A stretch of 64,000 nucleotides of DNA. It comes from Candidatus Saccharimonadota bacterium. GTDB lineage: Bacteria > Patescibacteriota > Saccharimonadia > Saccharimonadales > UBA4665. Position numbers and translations under genes: made by a program. The DNA lies in the NCBI GenBank assembly GCA_003153395.1, contig PLYP01000005.1, positions 21,701-85,700 on the forward strand. The letters are read 5' to 3'. Of this stretch, positions 46,345 to 57,095 are shown piece after piece. The notes under the pieces are model-generated. The model did no database searches, was not told the DNA's origin, and worked only from the letters and a program-made list of their open reading frames with translations. The first letter of the stretch is position 1, and each line of letters starts with the position of its first letter.

Positions 46345-47979
46345 CTATTCATTAGCCAGGTCACGCCTATTGAACTTAATTGCACCTATTACACATAGGG
46401 ATACGCCCAAGACTAAGATTATAAAGTTACTACGCCAGTTCGGACTTACTGCCGGGGCTAGTTCAATATGATGAACTATTGAAGTATCCAATATCCAATG
46501 ATTTAAGTTAATACCAGAGCTTACCATCTGTATTAAGAACGACCATCCTATCGCTCCGTATGCCAAAATTGAAGTAAGTCTTGGCATAAAGCCTAAAGCA
46601 ATGGCGCCAATTCCAACAGTCAAGAAAGAAGGTGGCAATATATTAAAACCAGCTATAAATATTGAGTGAAAAGAAGCGCCACTGTGTTGTGAAAATACAC
46701 CTGCCCAAGTACCGATGCTGCTTGCTAGACCCATAAGAATGATTATGCTAAAAACCATCAATATTCTTCCTGACAGCCATTTATATCTACTCACTGGCCG
46801 TACTAGGTAATTATCCAAATATCCCTGCGCTTCTTCTTCTCTTATTCTGCCTAGTGCGCTTGCTGAGTAAGACATTATTAAAACCATGAGTAAGAAGAAT
46901 ACTATTCCAAGATACAGAATACTTGCTGAAGACGAATTTGTTTGCAGTAATTTATTGACTCCATGCACTGCTGATGTCTGCATAAACGCTTGAGCCGCAG
47001 ATTTTGTAAGTAGTCCATAGAAGATAGAAACTAGTAGTACTGCCGCTATCCAGCTTAGTGTATTGCCGCGATTTAATCGTATTGATGCAGATAACGGACT
47101 GCCTAATAATTTATTGCTAGATTTAACACTAGTTTTTTCAGCTATGATGCTGTCCCCCATATCTCTTCTCCCGGCAAGATAAACACTTAAATAACTGAGG
47201 AATAAAATAAGTGCAAGCAGGGGTAATAGCCAAATGGGTTGGGGCTTATATAACGGCTGCAATTTTTCTATCCATCCCAGCGGAGTAAAGTAATACAACC
47301 AATTTAGTGTCGTTACGTCGGCCATGGCGCGAACTAAAAAGAATATCCCAAAAATAGTTGCAGCCGCACCTGCAGCTCGACTTCGAGTGGGCATGAACTG
47401 ACTAGTAAGTGCACCGACGCTTATAAATAATGCACCCCCTATAACTGATGCTAATGCGAAATATAGTGCTGGGCCAACACCTATATTCACAGCTTGGTCT
47501 TTGCCTATTAAAACAAAACAGGCAGCTACAATTACATATATAATTAGCATAGTTGCCAGTAGTCCAACTAATGCGTTAACAGCAGCCTTCCTTGCAGTAG
47601 TTTGTCCAGCCAGTAATATTTCCCATCTACCGGACTCTTCTGCTCCTCTAAAAGTTTTAGTTGAAAGTAGTAAGGCCCATATAGCTAAAATAATTACTAC
47701 TACTCCAATTGTGTTCCACTGTGCATACCCGGCTACAGTGGATATACCGTGTGGCCTTCCAAGCAAGGCACTTAATCCAGTATTACTGCCAAAGTTAGCG
47801 GCAATTTTATCTCTACTTATCTGCGTTGGATATGCTTTGGAAAAGCCAATTGCCTTAGATGCTACATAAGCACCGATTATTAAAGCCCAGAATACACCAC
47901 CCCTAATACTCTGTTTCATTATGAATCTACCTATAAGTGTTTGTGGTGATTTGTAATAGACGGGCGTGTTAATCGACAT
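46345..47979 (-). CDS. ABC-2-type exporter permease (12 TM)
   Basis: The start is taken at ATG (complement of 47977-47979, MSINTPVYY...), which overlaps the ATPase stop by 11 nt. The ORF-track start at 48081 lies inside the ATPase gene. Confidence 0.75.
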   Translation of the reverse strand: MSINTPVYYKSPQTLIGRFIMKQSIRGGVFWALIIGAYVASKAIGFSKAYPTQISRDKIAANFGSNTGLSALLGRPHGISTVAGYAQWNTIGVVVIILAIWALLLSTKTFRGAEESGRWEILLAGQTTARKAAVNALVGLLATMLIIYVIVAACFVLIGKDQAVNIGVGPALYFALASVIGGALFISVGALTSQFMPTRSRAAGAAATIFGIFFLVRAMADVTTLNWLYYFTPLGWIEKLQPLYKPQPIWLLPLLALILFLSYLSVYLAGRRDMGDSIIAEKTSVKSSNKLLGSPLSASIRLNRGNTLSWIAAVLLVSIFYGLLTKSAAQAFMQTSAVHGVNKLLQTNSSSASILYLGIVFFLLMVLIMSYSASALGRIREEEAQGYLDNYLVRPVSRYKWLSGRILMVFSIIILMGLASSIGTWAGVFSQHSGASFHSIFIAGFNILPPSFLTVGIGAIALGFMPRLTSILAYGAIGWSFLIQMVSSGINLNHWILDTSIVHHIELAPAVSPNWRSNFIILVLGVSLCVIGAIKFNRRDLANE

Positions 47980-48883
47980 TATCACTATCCAAATTACGTA
48001 CTTCCTTATCACCGTATAGAGAAAGAAATAGTTCTTCAAGAGATGGCTCTCTGCTAAGTAATGATTTTGGTTTAGCCGCAACTAATACGCTAAGTAAGGG
48101 TGCTATCGGACCCCTGACCTGACATATTAATTCATGCCCGATTATTTTCACATCACTGACGCCTTTTATATGATCAACTTTGGGAGGAGCTGCCTCAAAA
48201 GTTGCTTGAACAGTTAGAGCAGATAAGTGCCTCATCTCCGAAAGCGTACCAAGCTCAACTAGTTTACCGGCTCTTAATATACCTACTCTATCGCATAAAG
48301 CTTCAACCTCTTCAAGGATGTGTGAGGATAAAAAAACTGTTTGTTTGTTAGCTTTGGCTTCTAAAACACTTTGCCTGAAAGCTTGCTCCATAATGGGATC
48401 CAAACCAGTTGTCGGTTCGTCCATAATTAGTAGATCAGCTCGCGTCATAAGCGCTGCAATAATATTAATTTTTTGGCGATTACCTTTAGAGTATGTTCTT
48501 ACTTTTTTTGATGTATCAAACTTAAAGCGCTTTACCAGTTCAGCTTGATAGCTTAAATCTACTTTACCGTGTATTTTACCCAGCAGTAGCAAAGTTTCTT
48601 TTCCGGTGAGTCCTGGCCAGAAAGTTGCTTCTCCGGGAATATACGCTATTTTTTTATGAGCTTCAACTTTATTTTTTTGACTATCAACACCAAACACTAA
48701 AGCGGAGCCGCTGGATGGCTTAATTAAGCCCAGAATCGCTCGAATAGTAGTAGTTTTACCAGCCCCGTTAGGGCCTAAATATCCAAATACTTCACCTTTT
48801 TTTACTGTTAGATCTAATGATGATAGAGCGAAGAATTTTCCGTATTTTTTTGATAAATTTTTAATTATTAGAGCGTCGTCCAT
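47969..48883 (-). CDS. ABC transporter ATP-binding protein (ABC-2 subfamily)
   Basis: GPNGAGKTT, YSKGNRQKINIIAAL, LIMDEPTTGLD. Confidence 0.92.
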   Translation of the reverse strand: MDDALIIKNLSKKYGKFFALSSLDLTVKKGEVFGYLGPNGAGKTTTIRAILGLIKPSSGSALVFGVDSQKNKVEAHKKIAYIPGEATFWPGLTGKETLLLLGKIHGKVDLSYQAELVKRFKFDTSKKVRTYSKGNRQKINIIAALMTRADLLIMDEPTTGLDPIMEQAFRQSVLEAKANKQTVFLSSHILEEVEALCDRVGILRAGKLVELGTLSEMRHLSALTVQATFEAAPPKVDHIKGVSDVKIIGHELICQVRGPIAPLLSVLVAAKPKSLLSREPSLEELFLSLYGDKEVRNLDSDNVD

Positions 48884-49017
48884 ATTACTTCCTTAAAAAT
48901 ATTTACTCGTTTTCTGTATGTAGCCACATAGTTTCAAATAAAGAGCAGTGTTGCAATGACGCTCATCAATAATATTATTCTTCTTTCGATTTTTTTACTA
49001 TACTTAAAGGCAAAGAT

Positions 49018-49968
49018 ATGTCAAAACCGCAGATAATTATTTCCGGATCAATCGCAATTGATAGAATTATGAACTTTTCAGGTCAGTTTGTTGATCTAAT
49101 TGAGCCGGCTAAACTTGATGTGCTTAGTGTCAGCGTATTAGTTGACTCTCTAAAAATTGCTGAAGGCGGAACAGGAGCTAACATAGCATATAATCTAGCT
49201 TCATTAGGGGAGAAGCCTGTCTTACTAGGGAGTGTAGGAGTTGACGCTGCAAAATATATTGAACGATTATCTCTTCTTGGTGTTAATACATCGAGAGTTA
49301 ATACATCGAATCTACCAACAGCTAGTTTTAATGTTTTAACAGATTCCAGCGATAATCAAGTCGGCGGGTTTTACCCTGGAGCGATGAATGACTCCACCCC
49401 TACCGACTTAAAACCGTTAATGGTTGGGGATGCACTTTTTTGTTTGTCTGCCCATAGTCCAATGGACATGAAAAACCAGATTGATCAAATAAAGAAACAC
49501 AATCTGAGGTTAATATTTGATCCAGGTCAGCAAGTTACTAATATGTCGGTTGAAGATTTAAAGTCAGGTATTGAAGCTGCGGAAGTACTGCTAGTCAACG
49601 AATATGAATTCGGTATCCTATGTAGCCGAACGGGAATAGATAAAGACTTGCTGAAGAAAACAGTTCCCTACTTGGTTATTACTCACGGCATTCATGGCTC
49701 CCTTATCACCGGTAAAGATATTGAGGAGCCTATAAATATTGGCATTGCAAAACCAAATAATATTAAAGACCCGACAGGCGCCGGAGATGCTTACAGGGCT
49801 GGGTTTTTATTCGGATATTTGCGACAATGGAGTCTAGAAAGTTGCGCAAAACTGGGTGCTACTCTTGCTTCGTTTGTGCTTGAAGAATTCGGCCCGCAAG
49901 TTAAGCTTTCAAAAGAAAACATTATTATTAGATACAAAGAATCATTTAATGAGGAGATAGAAATATAA
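49018..49968 (+). CDS. PfkB-family carbohydrate/nucleoside kinase (adenosine-kinase candidate)
   Basis: [12 protein letters not shown]-terminal motif and [16 protein letters not shown] anion-hole motif. It ends 5 nt before ahcY. Confidence 0.8.
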   Translation: MSKPQIIISGSIAIDRIMNFSGQFVDLIEPAKLDVLSVSVLVDSLKIAEGGTGANIAYNLASLGEKPVLLGSVGVDAAKYIERLSLLGVNTSRVNTSNLPTASFNVLTDSSDNQVGGFYPGAMNDSTPTDLKPLMVGDALFCLSAHSPMDMKNQIDQIKKHNLRLIFDPGQQVTNMSVEDLKSGIEAAEVLLVNEYEFGILCSRTGIDKDLLKKTVPYLVITHGIHGSLITGKDIEEPINIGIAKPNNIKDPTGAGDAYRAGFLFGYLRQWSLESCAKLGATLASFVLEEFGPQVKLSKENIIIRYKESFNEEIEI

Positions 49969-49973
49969 CGCTT

Positions 49974-51266
49974 ATGCAAGAAGATTACAAAGTAAAAGAT
50001 ATAAAACTAGCCGAATGGGGCAGAAAAGAAATCAACTTAGCTGAAAAAGAAATGCCCGGTCTTATGGCTCTGAGAAAAGAATACGGCGAGAGCCAACCTT
50101 TAAAAGGTGCCCGGATTGCTGGATGTATCCATATGACCATTCAGACTGCAGTGTTAGTTGAAACCCTTCAGGCCTTAGGAGCTAATGTCAGGTGGTCATC
50201 CTGTAATATTTTTTCAACACAAGATGAGGCAGCAGCTGCAATTGCGGCAAAGGGAACACCGGTATTTGCCTGGAAAGGCGAATCAGAAGAAGAATACTGG
50301 TGGTGCATAGAGCAAACACTCGACTTTGGTGATGGCTTAGGCCCTAACATGCTGCTTGATGATGGTGGAGATCTCACGGCATTAGTACATGATAAAAAAC
50401 CGGAACTACTAAATGATATTAAGGGGGTAACGGAAGAAACAACGACTGGCGTTAAACAGTTAGAACGCTTTTTTAAAGATGGCTCCCTTAAATTACCTTC
50501 TATAAATATTAATGATAGTGTGACGAAGTCTAAATTCGATAACCTATACGGTTGCCGTGAATCACTAATGGACGGTATTAAGCGAGCAACCGACATAATG
50601 ATAGCCGGTAAGGTAGCGCTTGTTGCGGGCTACGGTGATGTTGGTAAAGGCTGCGCCCAATCATTAAGAGCTTTTGGTTGCCGAGTTCTAATAAGCGAGG
50701 TAGACCCAATATGTGCGCTGCAGGCCTTAATGGAAGGTTATGAACTAGTAACACTAGAAACGGCCGCGGAAATTGCCGATATTTTTGTAACTGCAACTGG
50801 CTGCAAGGATGTTATTACTATAGATCATCTCAAAAAAATGAAAGATACAGCAATAGTTTGTAATATTGGTCATTTTGACCACGAAATACAGGTCAAAGAA
50901 CTTAATGAGCTCCAGGGAGTTCAAAAAGAGACTATAAAGCCCTTAGTTGATTCTTATAAGTTACCAAACGGTAACCGAATAATAGTACTATCTGAGGGAA
51001 GACTGGTTAACTTAGGTAACGCTACTGGACATTCTTCTTTTGTCATGTCTTGCTCCTTTACTAATCAGGTCCTGGGACAAATTGAACTATTTACAAAGCA
51101 GTATGCAATAGGCGTACACCTGCTGCCTAAAGAATTAGATGAGAAAGTAGCTACGCTACATGTAGAAGCTTTAGGCGGCGCAATATCACGTCTAAGCAGC
51201 GAACAGGCTGAGTACTTGGATCTATCGGTCAACGGACCTTTTAAGTCCGAGCGTTACCGTTATTAG
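49974..51266 (+). CDS. ahcY: adenosylhomocysteinase
   Basis: [36 protein letters not shown] motif, C-terminal [10 protein letters not shown]. Confidence 0.96.
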   Translation: MQEDYKVKDIKLAEWGRKEINLAEKEMPGLMALRKEYGESQPLKGARIAGCIHMTIQTAVLVETLQALGANVRWSSCNIFSTQDEAAAAIAAKGTPVFAWKGESEEEYWWCIEQTLDFGDGLGPNMLLDDGGDLTALVHDKKPELLNDIKGVTEETTTGVKQLERFFKDGSLKLPSININDSVTKSKFDNLYGCRESLMDGIKRATDIMIAGKVALVAGYGDVGKGCAQSLRAFGCRVLISEVDPICALQALMEGYELVTLETAAEIADIFVTATGCKDVITIDHLKKMKDTAIVCNIGHFDHEIQVKELNELQGVQKETIKPLVDSYKLPNGNRIIVLSEGRLVNLGNATGHSSFVMSCSFTNQVLGQIELFTKQYAIGVHLLPKELDEKVATLHVEALGGAISRLSSEQAEYLDLSVNGPFKSERYRY

Positions 51267-52389
51267 GTCTCAAGCTTGATGGATACATAAATTCGGGCCA
51301 TAAAAACGGACTAAGGGTTGCGATCAGTCCTGCGATGCTCTCCAGATAGAAAAGTATAAAGGTAATAGGAATACCTAGGGTGTAGTTAATCTTAGTATGG
51401 AAACTACGATGACTATCACTCCAGACAGCTAAGATCAAAAATACAGTTAATAGTCCCCAAGACAATAGTAGTAAAGTGGGCTCGTGAAGTGAGATTGCCA
51501 AATATATAAGATAGCCAATTAAAATAGGCACAAAGATACTAGTAATAATTTCAATAATTAAAATAGGCCATAATATAGATTTACTTACGTAGAATTTTAG
51601 CTTTTCTAATTTGATTTTACTTTTATTTAATAGTAGGCCGCCAAATGTATTAATTGCTGGAGCATAAAGGATGATAGAGTCGTCAAATATTACTTTAGGA
51701 TTAACTGTCTTATTTTTAGTATTAAAAGTTGTATTAAAAATATCTCGCTTTAATATGACCGCATCTTGACTAAAGTTAATTCCCACTAAGTTCTTAGACT
51801 TATTCGAACGTAACTCAACTGAGTTTAAGTATGATTGAAATAATGAAGTCAGTGTGTAGTTTGTCTTTGATATAAATCTAGGGGACAGAGCCTGAATAGT
51901 TCCATCTCTATTTATCCTATCTACAAATTCTTTGATAGTAGTTTTTTCTACTATTACTTCTGGTCTAAGTAGTAATACTAAATCCCCTTTTCCGTAAGAC
52001 TTAAATACACGGTATTTGTCCGGATTAGATATAGACCGCTTTCGTTTTACTACTAATCTTATACTCTGCTTAGTATTAGCTTTGATGAAGCTACCCACTA
52101 TTTTCTTCGTGGAGTCTTTGGAATTATTATCGATAATAATTATTTCGTATTTTTTATAACTGCTCTTAATAATGCTATTTAACGCATTCTCAATTACTTT
52201 TTCGCTGTTACGAGTATTAATGAGTATCGTTACTAATGGTCGTTTATAATATTTTTTATTTAAACTATTCCTTTTACGTTTTTGGGTTTGAACATCATAA
52301 ATATTGGCACCAATAACACTACTTACCGCCTGAATAATAAACAGCACGGCACTGAGTAACAGAATTGGAATAATGAAGTTGTCAAACAT
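51241..52389 (-). CDS. family-2 glycosyltransferase, membrane-integrated
   Basis: N-terminal TM helix, a GT2 core ([21 protein letters not shown]...[14 protein letters not shown]), and C-terminal TM helices. Its 3' end overlaps the ahcY 3' end by 26 nt. Confidence 0.75.
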   Translation of the reverse strand: MFDNFIIPILLLSAVLFIIQAVSSVIGANIYDVQTQKRKRNSLNKKYYKRPLVTILINTRNSEKVIENALNSIIKSSYKKYEIIIIDNNSKDSTKKIVGSFIKANTKQSIRLVVKRKRSISNPDKYRVFKSYGKGDLVLLLRPEVIVEKTTIKEFVDRINRDGTIQALSPRFISKTNYTLTSLFQSYLNSVELRSNKSKNLVGINFSQDAVILKRDIFNTTFNTKNKTVNPKVIFDDSIILYAPAINTFGGLLLNKSKIKLEKLKFYVSKSILWPILIIEIITSIFVPILIGYLIYLAISLHEPTLLLLSWGLLTVFLILAVWSDSHRSFHTKINYTLGIPITFILFYLESIAGLIATLSPFLWPEFMYPSSLRPNNGNART

Positions 52390-53003
52390 TACTGCTCCAC
52401 CTTGTTAAAAACAAAACTATATTCCGTGCGCCATTCATTTAAGCTTCCAGTACAAGTTTGTATAAGTAGAGTGGATGGACCGCTGTAGTTTAGTATCGCA
52501 ACATCATTTGGTCCTATGCTTTGAACACTCGTAAATGTATAGGAAAAGATATGGCCATTAGTTGTATATATTAATGCTTGAGCGCCGGGAGATGGAGTAA
52601 CGTGCCGCAAAGCTCCGAAAACATAATTGTTGTTATGGCCATAAATAAACGTCTGGCCTTCAGTGTTATTAGCTAGGGAACTAATCATGGCAAACTGAGC
52701 GTCATAACCACTCAGCGTCCAAGTGTCCGTAGTACTGTCATAGTAACCGGGAATAATCGGAAGATCTACGCTAGACGCTGGAATTACTATTCTGTTTGGT
52801 AATCCACTTATTACAGGTATTTTTTTAACTAACGGTATATGTGGTTTTTGCTGACTGCGCGTAAGAGAAGCATAACGAGAAGAGTTTAGGGCTGAAACTG
52901 GGTGTACAACATACCAACCGAAACCTATCGTCAAAGCATAGATTATGAAGATTGTTGAATAGAAGCGTAGTTTATACACCCTGGTATTAACCCTGAAGAA
53001 CAT
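52389..53003 (-). CDS. sortase
   Basis: N-terminal anchor, catalytic His block TFIYGHNN, Cys block LLIQTCTG, and a downstream Arg (WRTEY). Confidence 0.8.
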   Translation of the reverse strand: MFFRVNTRVYKLRFYSTIFIIYALTIGFGWYVVHPVSALNSSRYASLTRSQQKPHIPLVKKIPVISGLPNRIVIPASSVDLPIIPGYYDSTTDTWTLSGYDAQFAMISSLANNTEGQTFIYGHNNNYVFGALRHVTPSPGAQALIYTTNGHIFSYTFTSVQSIGPNDVAILNYSGPSTLLIQTCTGSLNEWRTEYSFVFNKVEQ

Positions 53004-53027
53004 TCCCGCCCCTTAATTTAAGCGTAC

Positions 53028-53585
53028 TTATTTTATAGCAAAGCGTCGATATAGCGTTATGCCAATTTGAGATACAACAAGAGCTAAAGCTATTGATCCG
53101 CCAGCTACTTCTGCTGTCTTCACAGCGCTATTACTTCCTGTTTCTGGTAAAGAAACTACCTTAGGAGCCGGTGTTGCGGCTTTTGCAGCAGGAGCCGGAG
53201 TAACTGTAGTAGTTGTCGCAGTTGGTGTCGGAGTAGTTGTAGTAGTAGTAGATGCAATCTGTACTGGTACACATGGAGTACCTACAGCTATTGTATAGCT
53301 TGACGAGTTACTATTGTTAGAGTTCCCACTACTTGTTACACCCGAATTAGTATTGTCGACAGTGAATACATCTCCAGAATTTGAACTTTGATTATTTGAA
53401 TTTGTAATTTCGATTGTATTATCGCTGCTGCAATCAATATTACTTTCATCAGTGCCTTTACATATATTTGTAGAGCCTGGCCCTGTGTTATTTATATTGC
53501 AACTAATTGTTGCAGCAGACGCCACCCCTGCTGATAAACCTAGTACAAGTGTTAGTGTTGATAATATTGTTGCAATTCGTTTCAC
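53028..53585 (-). CDS. LPXTG-anchored surface protein
   Basis: Signal peptide MKRIATILSTLTLVLGLSAGVASA, an Asn/Ser/Thr-rich body with NTGPGSTN, and a poly-Thr linker. LPETG is followed by a hydrophobic helix and an RRFAIK tail. Confidence 0.85.
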   Translation of the reverse strand: MKRIATILSTLTLVLGLSAGVASAATISCNINNTGPGSTNICKGTDESNIDCSSDNTIEITNSNNQSSNSGDVFTVDNTNSGVTSSGNSNNSNSSSYTIAVGTPCVPVQIASTTTTTTPTPTATTTTVTPAPAAKAATPAPKVVSLPETGSNSAVKTAEVAGGSIALALVVSQIGITLYRRFAIK

Positions 53586-53695
53586 CTTTTTAACCTCCCA
53601 AGTTAATATATGATATAGTTGTACACTATTTCAACATATATGACAATACGTAAATTTACTTATGTAGCATAAGCGTTATGTAGATGTTGTCTTAG

Positions 53696-54154
53696 CTATA
53701 AAGCTTCTAAAGATTTTGCTAGTTGAAGCGCTGCTTCTAGGTGTTCGCCACTTAGATTAGTTCTAGCTACTGCCTGTTCTTCGTTTTCAGTGGTCAGTAT
53801 TCCGAATCCAATAGGTATTTTATTTTCTAGTTCTACTTGAAGTATTCCTTCAGTCGCAATTTTACAGACATAATCAAAGTGAGGAGTTTCTCCCCTAATA
53901 ATGCAGCCTATGGCAAGTAATACGTTATATCTACCGGTTTCGGCCATCATTTTTAATGCTAGGGGAATTTCTGCGGCTCCGGCTACTCGTACAGTGTTAG
54001 TATTAGCTCCAGATATTTTGTATTTATTAGCAGTAATTAGAGCACTTTTATAAAGTTCTTCAGTAATATGATAATTGAACTGCGATAGAACTATGCCTAT
54101 TTTCCAATTACTTGCATCAAATACTTCAAATTCCGCAGTTTTAGCTTTTTGCAT
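53696..54154 (-). CDS. ribH: 6,7-dimethyl-8-ribityllumazine synthase
   Basis: IGIVLSQFN, VRVAGAAEIP, IGCIIRGETPHFDYV, GFGILT blocks. Confidence 0.93.
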   Translation of the reverse strand: MQKAKTAEFEVFDASNWKIGIVLSQFNYHITEELYKSALITANKYKISGANTNTVRVAGAAEIPLALKMMAETGRYNVLLAIGCIIRGETPHFDYVCKIATEGILQVELENKIPIGFGILTTENEEQAVARTNLSGEHLEAALQLAKSLEAL

Positions 54155-54755
54155 CTTGCTCCCAATTTTTAATAGCGTTTACTACATATTTTCCTAATAT
54201 ATCGAACTCTAGGTTTACATGGTCTCCAGACTCAAGAGTGCCTAGCGTAGTATGCTCTAAAGTATATGGTACCAGCGAAACCTCAAACCACCCATCTAAT
54301 ATCTTACTTATTGTTAGCGCCACGCCGTTTACGCAGATTGACCCTTTGTATACGATAAGGGAACGATTTAAAGCGCCAAACTTAATTCGTAAAATTTTAT
54401 TTTCATCATTAGATACTGTTAATATTTCTCCTAATTGATCAACATGCCCCTGGACTATATGACCGTCTAGCCGATCACCAACTTTTACCGCACGCTCCAG
54501 ATTTACGAAATCCGGAAAGCTTATGCCAAAGGTACTAACACTTAAAGTTTCCTCGACAACCATGCAGGAAAAACTATTTTCATTTATTTCAGCAATTGTT
54601 AGGCATACACCATCTACAGATATAGAATCTCCTAGCGATACGTCTGACCAATTGCTAGGTAGATCAATCGTAATCTTCACAATTTCCGATAACTTTTCGG
54701 TACTAGTAATTTTAGAAGTAGTAGCTATTATTCCTGTAAACATTGATTCCTTCAA
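54141..54755 (-). CDS. ribE: riboflavin synthase alpha chain
   Basis: MFTGII (Met-5 of the ORF is the likely start, 54743), GDSISVDGVCLT and GSICVNGVALT duplicated lumazine-binding repeats. Confidence 0.93.
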   Translation of the reverse strand: MKESMFTGIIATTSKITSTEKLSEIVKITIDLPSNWSDVSLGDSISVDGVCLTIAEINENSFSCMVVEETLSVSTFGISFPDFVNLERAVKVGDRLDGHIVQGHVDQLGEILTVSNDENKILRIKFGALNRSLIVYKGSICVNGVALTISKILDGWFEVSLVPYTLEHTTLGTLESGDHVNLEFDILGKYVVNAIKNWEQDAKS

Positions 54756-54784
54756 AAGAATTGTAGCCTTCAGCTTAGCAATTC

Positions 54785-55156
54785 TTAGCTTTTAAACCAA
54801 GCGCGGGCAACTCTTTCATCCTCTCTCATTACCTTTAAAAGTTGCTGAATATTATCAAACTTTATATTTGATCTATGAAATTTTAAAATCTTAACTTTAA
54901 TATTTTTGTCATAATAATCTAGGTCTGGAATATCCAGTAAGTGAACTTCTACTCTACGACTTTTATCACCCATAGTTGTTGGAACACCGATAAATATAAG
55001 TGCTGGATTATCGCTAAATTTATCCAAATTTGCCCTGCCGAAATAAACTCCGTCGGCCAGATCCGTATCCTCGCTTAAATTTGCGGTAGGATAACCAAGC
55101 TTTCGGCCGTTGCCTTTAAAGCGCTTGGTCTTTCCTTCAATATCTATAGGTATCAT
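54785..55156 (-). CDS. monofunctional riboflavin kinase (RibF C-terminal-domain homologue only)
   Basis: GNGRKLGYPTANL, GVYFG, VEVHLLD, and a C-terminal F.....L...M..D pattern. There is no FAD-synthetase domain in this 123-aa ORF. Confidence 0.8.
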   Translation of the reverse strand: MIPIDIEGKTKRFKGNGRKLGYPTANLSEDTDLADGVYFGRANLDKFSDNPALIFIGVPTTMGDKSRRVEVHLLDIPDLDYYDKNIKVKILKFHRSNIKFDNIQQLLKVMREDERVARAWFKS

Positions 55157-55170
55157 ATTGGGGTAATAAT

Positions 55171-55797
55171 TTACTGAAGCTTACTATTAGGAATTGTCAT
55201 TAGTAGTCTTGTATCTTCCACTTCGTTTCCATTTAAAGTTTTCCTCTTAGATGACGTCGCAGAAACTATCTCGAAACCTATTTTTTTATAAACATGAACT
55301 GCGCCCGCATTTGAGCTCCATGTAGCTAACCAAATATTCTGAGCGCCGTAGATAGCATTCGATCCATAAATAACGACAGATGAAAAAGGAGTCGCTAGAC
55401 CTTTGCCTTGGTAACTTGTGCCAACTCTTAGTGCAAAAGTTACATCCCCCTTATCTACTTGGTTATTTTTTTCTTTACCCACCCATCCGTATCCCGCTAG
55501 ATTTAACTCATCTCCGTTATTTTCTACTAAAAGAAAAACTGCTTTTTCTTTTTTTAGCCATTTATTAATAGTTTCTAAATTAGTAAATCTTGTTTCGGAG
55601 TCGTTTGGACAGTATTCCTTGATGGCATCTTCTTTTGCCATCTCTATAAGCTGGTCCGTAAATTCTTCACTTATGCCTAAGTGGACTTCAAAGCCCTTCT
55701 GACTTAACACGTTAAGTGACTCATTGCATTTTTCTCCATATTCACCACTTATTAAGGTTGTAGTAACTTTAGCCAGTTTAGTTGGGAAATCTTTCAT
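55171..55797 (-). CDS. GNAT-family N-acetyltransferase
   Basis: Acetyl-CoA motif A: LRVGTSYQGKGLATPF. 4-nt overlap with glmM. Confidence 0.75.
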   Translation of the reverse strand: MKDFPTKLAKVTTTLISGEYGEKCNESLNVLSQKGFEVHLGISEEFTDQLIEMAKEDAIKEYCPNDSETRFTNLETINKWLKKEKAVFLLVENNGDELNLAGYGWVGKEKNNQVDKGDVTFALRVGTSYQGKGLATPFSSVVIYGSNAIYGAQNIWLATWSSNAGAVHVYKKIGFEIVSATSSKRKTLNGNEVEDTRLLMTIPNSKLQ

Positions 55798-57095
55798 GCC
55801 TCTAATAGTTCCTTTAATTCGTTTGCGAAGTCTCTTGCAAGCGTTTCTGCGTTTTCAGCTTCCACCATTATTCTTACTACTGGTTCGGTTCCTGAAGGTC
55901 TAATAAGTATTCTGCCGTTAACTGGTAGCTGGAGCTTCTTACTTTCTATCCAATTTTTAATTTCTGCACGTTCTAATATGGTTTTATCTATTAATTCTAC
56001 ATTCTCTATTGCCTGGGGGACAAGCCTAACTTCTTGGCACCACTCAGCAAGTGTCTTACCTGATTCACTCAGCGCTTTAAGAGTTTGAACAGCCGCTAAG
56101 ATTCCGTCTCCAGTCGCTAAAATATCAAATAATACGATATGTCCCGACGCTTCGCCACCGAGCTTTAGCCCGTCTTCTTTTAGTTTTTCAATGACAAAAT
56201 GATCACCTACATCTGTTCGGATTAAATTAATGCCTTTATTTTGTAGGGCTTTTTCGAACCCAATGTTGGACATTACAGTAGCTACGACATCCTTTATTCC
56301 ATTTGCTAGTGCCAGAATATATAAAATATAATCGCCTTTAACTTCACGTCCAAGATTATCTACCATAATTACTCTGTCAGCATCACCATCGAAGGCTATA
56401 CCTATAAAGCATTGCTGCTCCACTACTATTTTCTGTAGCTCACTAGTATCAGTAGCTCCGCAGTTCTGATTAATGTTCCGTCCGTCCGGCTTATTAGATA
56501 GAACTATTACATCTACCTTTAAGCTCTTGAATACTTTTTCAGCTATATCACTAGCTGAACCATTTGCGCAATCTATAGCGATTTTTTTACCGCTTAAATC
56601 TAATCCTCTTACGCTGCCAAGTAAGAAGTTTATATAATCACTAACTAAACTATTATCTTTATCTAGGCTGCCTGTTTGTAGTGACTCAATATTTGACTGT
56701 ATTAGCTCGTTAAGTCTGGACTCTATTTGCGAGGAGAGTTTATCGCCGTTAGCATCAAACACTTTTACACCATTATATTGGTAGGGGTTATGACTAGCAG
56801 TGACCATAATTCCCGCCTTAAAGTTTTTACCTTCACGAGTAGTGTAAGCTAGCCCTGGTGTTGTAATAACACCGAGCTCGATTACGTTAATTCCCATCTC
56901 AACTAGACCCTTACAAATACTCGCAACAATTACTTTGCTTGATTCTCTTGGATCATATCCGATTGCAATATGATCGCCTACACCTGCAAACTGCAGAGCG
57001 ACTGCCTTGCCTATATGAATAGCCCCCTCGGTGTCTAGCGGGTATTCATTGGCCAGTCCTCTTACGCCATCGGTACCAAACAAGTTCTTTGTCAT
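55794..57095 (-). CDS. glmM: phosphoglucosamine mutase
   Basis: LFGTDGVRG, active-site TASHNP, FDGDADR, GGEASGH. Confidence 0.93.
   Translation of the reverse strand: MTKNLFGTDGVRGLANEYPLDTEGAIHIGKAVALQFAGVGDHIAIGYDPRESSKVIVASICKGLVEMGINVIELGVITTPGLAYTTREGKNFKAGIMVTASHNPYQYNGVKVFDANGDKLSSQIESRLNELIQSNIESLQTGSLDKDNSLVSDYINFLLGSVRGLDLSGKKIAIDCANGSASDIAEKVFKSLKVDVIVLSNKPDGRNINQNCGATDTSELQKIVVEQQCFIGIAFDGDADRVIMVDNLGREVKGDYILYILALANGIKDVVATVMSNIGFEKALQNKGINLIRTDVGDHFVIEKLKEDGLKLGGEASGHIVLFDILATGDGILAAVQTLKALSESGKTLAEWCQEVRLVPQAIENVELIDKTILERAEIKNWIESKKLQLPVNGRILIRPSGTEPVVRIMVEAENAETLARDFANELKELLEA

Noticed and set aside
53190-53270. Short tandem-looking repeats (GTAGTAGTTGT...), and similar ones at about 40190-40280 and 40975-41030, considered as a CRISPR array or VNTR
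   Set aside because: They are in-frame poly-Thr and poly-Gly coding low-complexity tracts inside the LPXTG protein and the FtsX permease. There is no repeat-spacer architecture.
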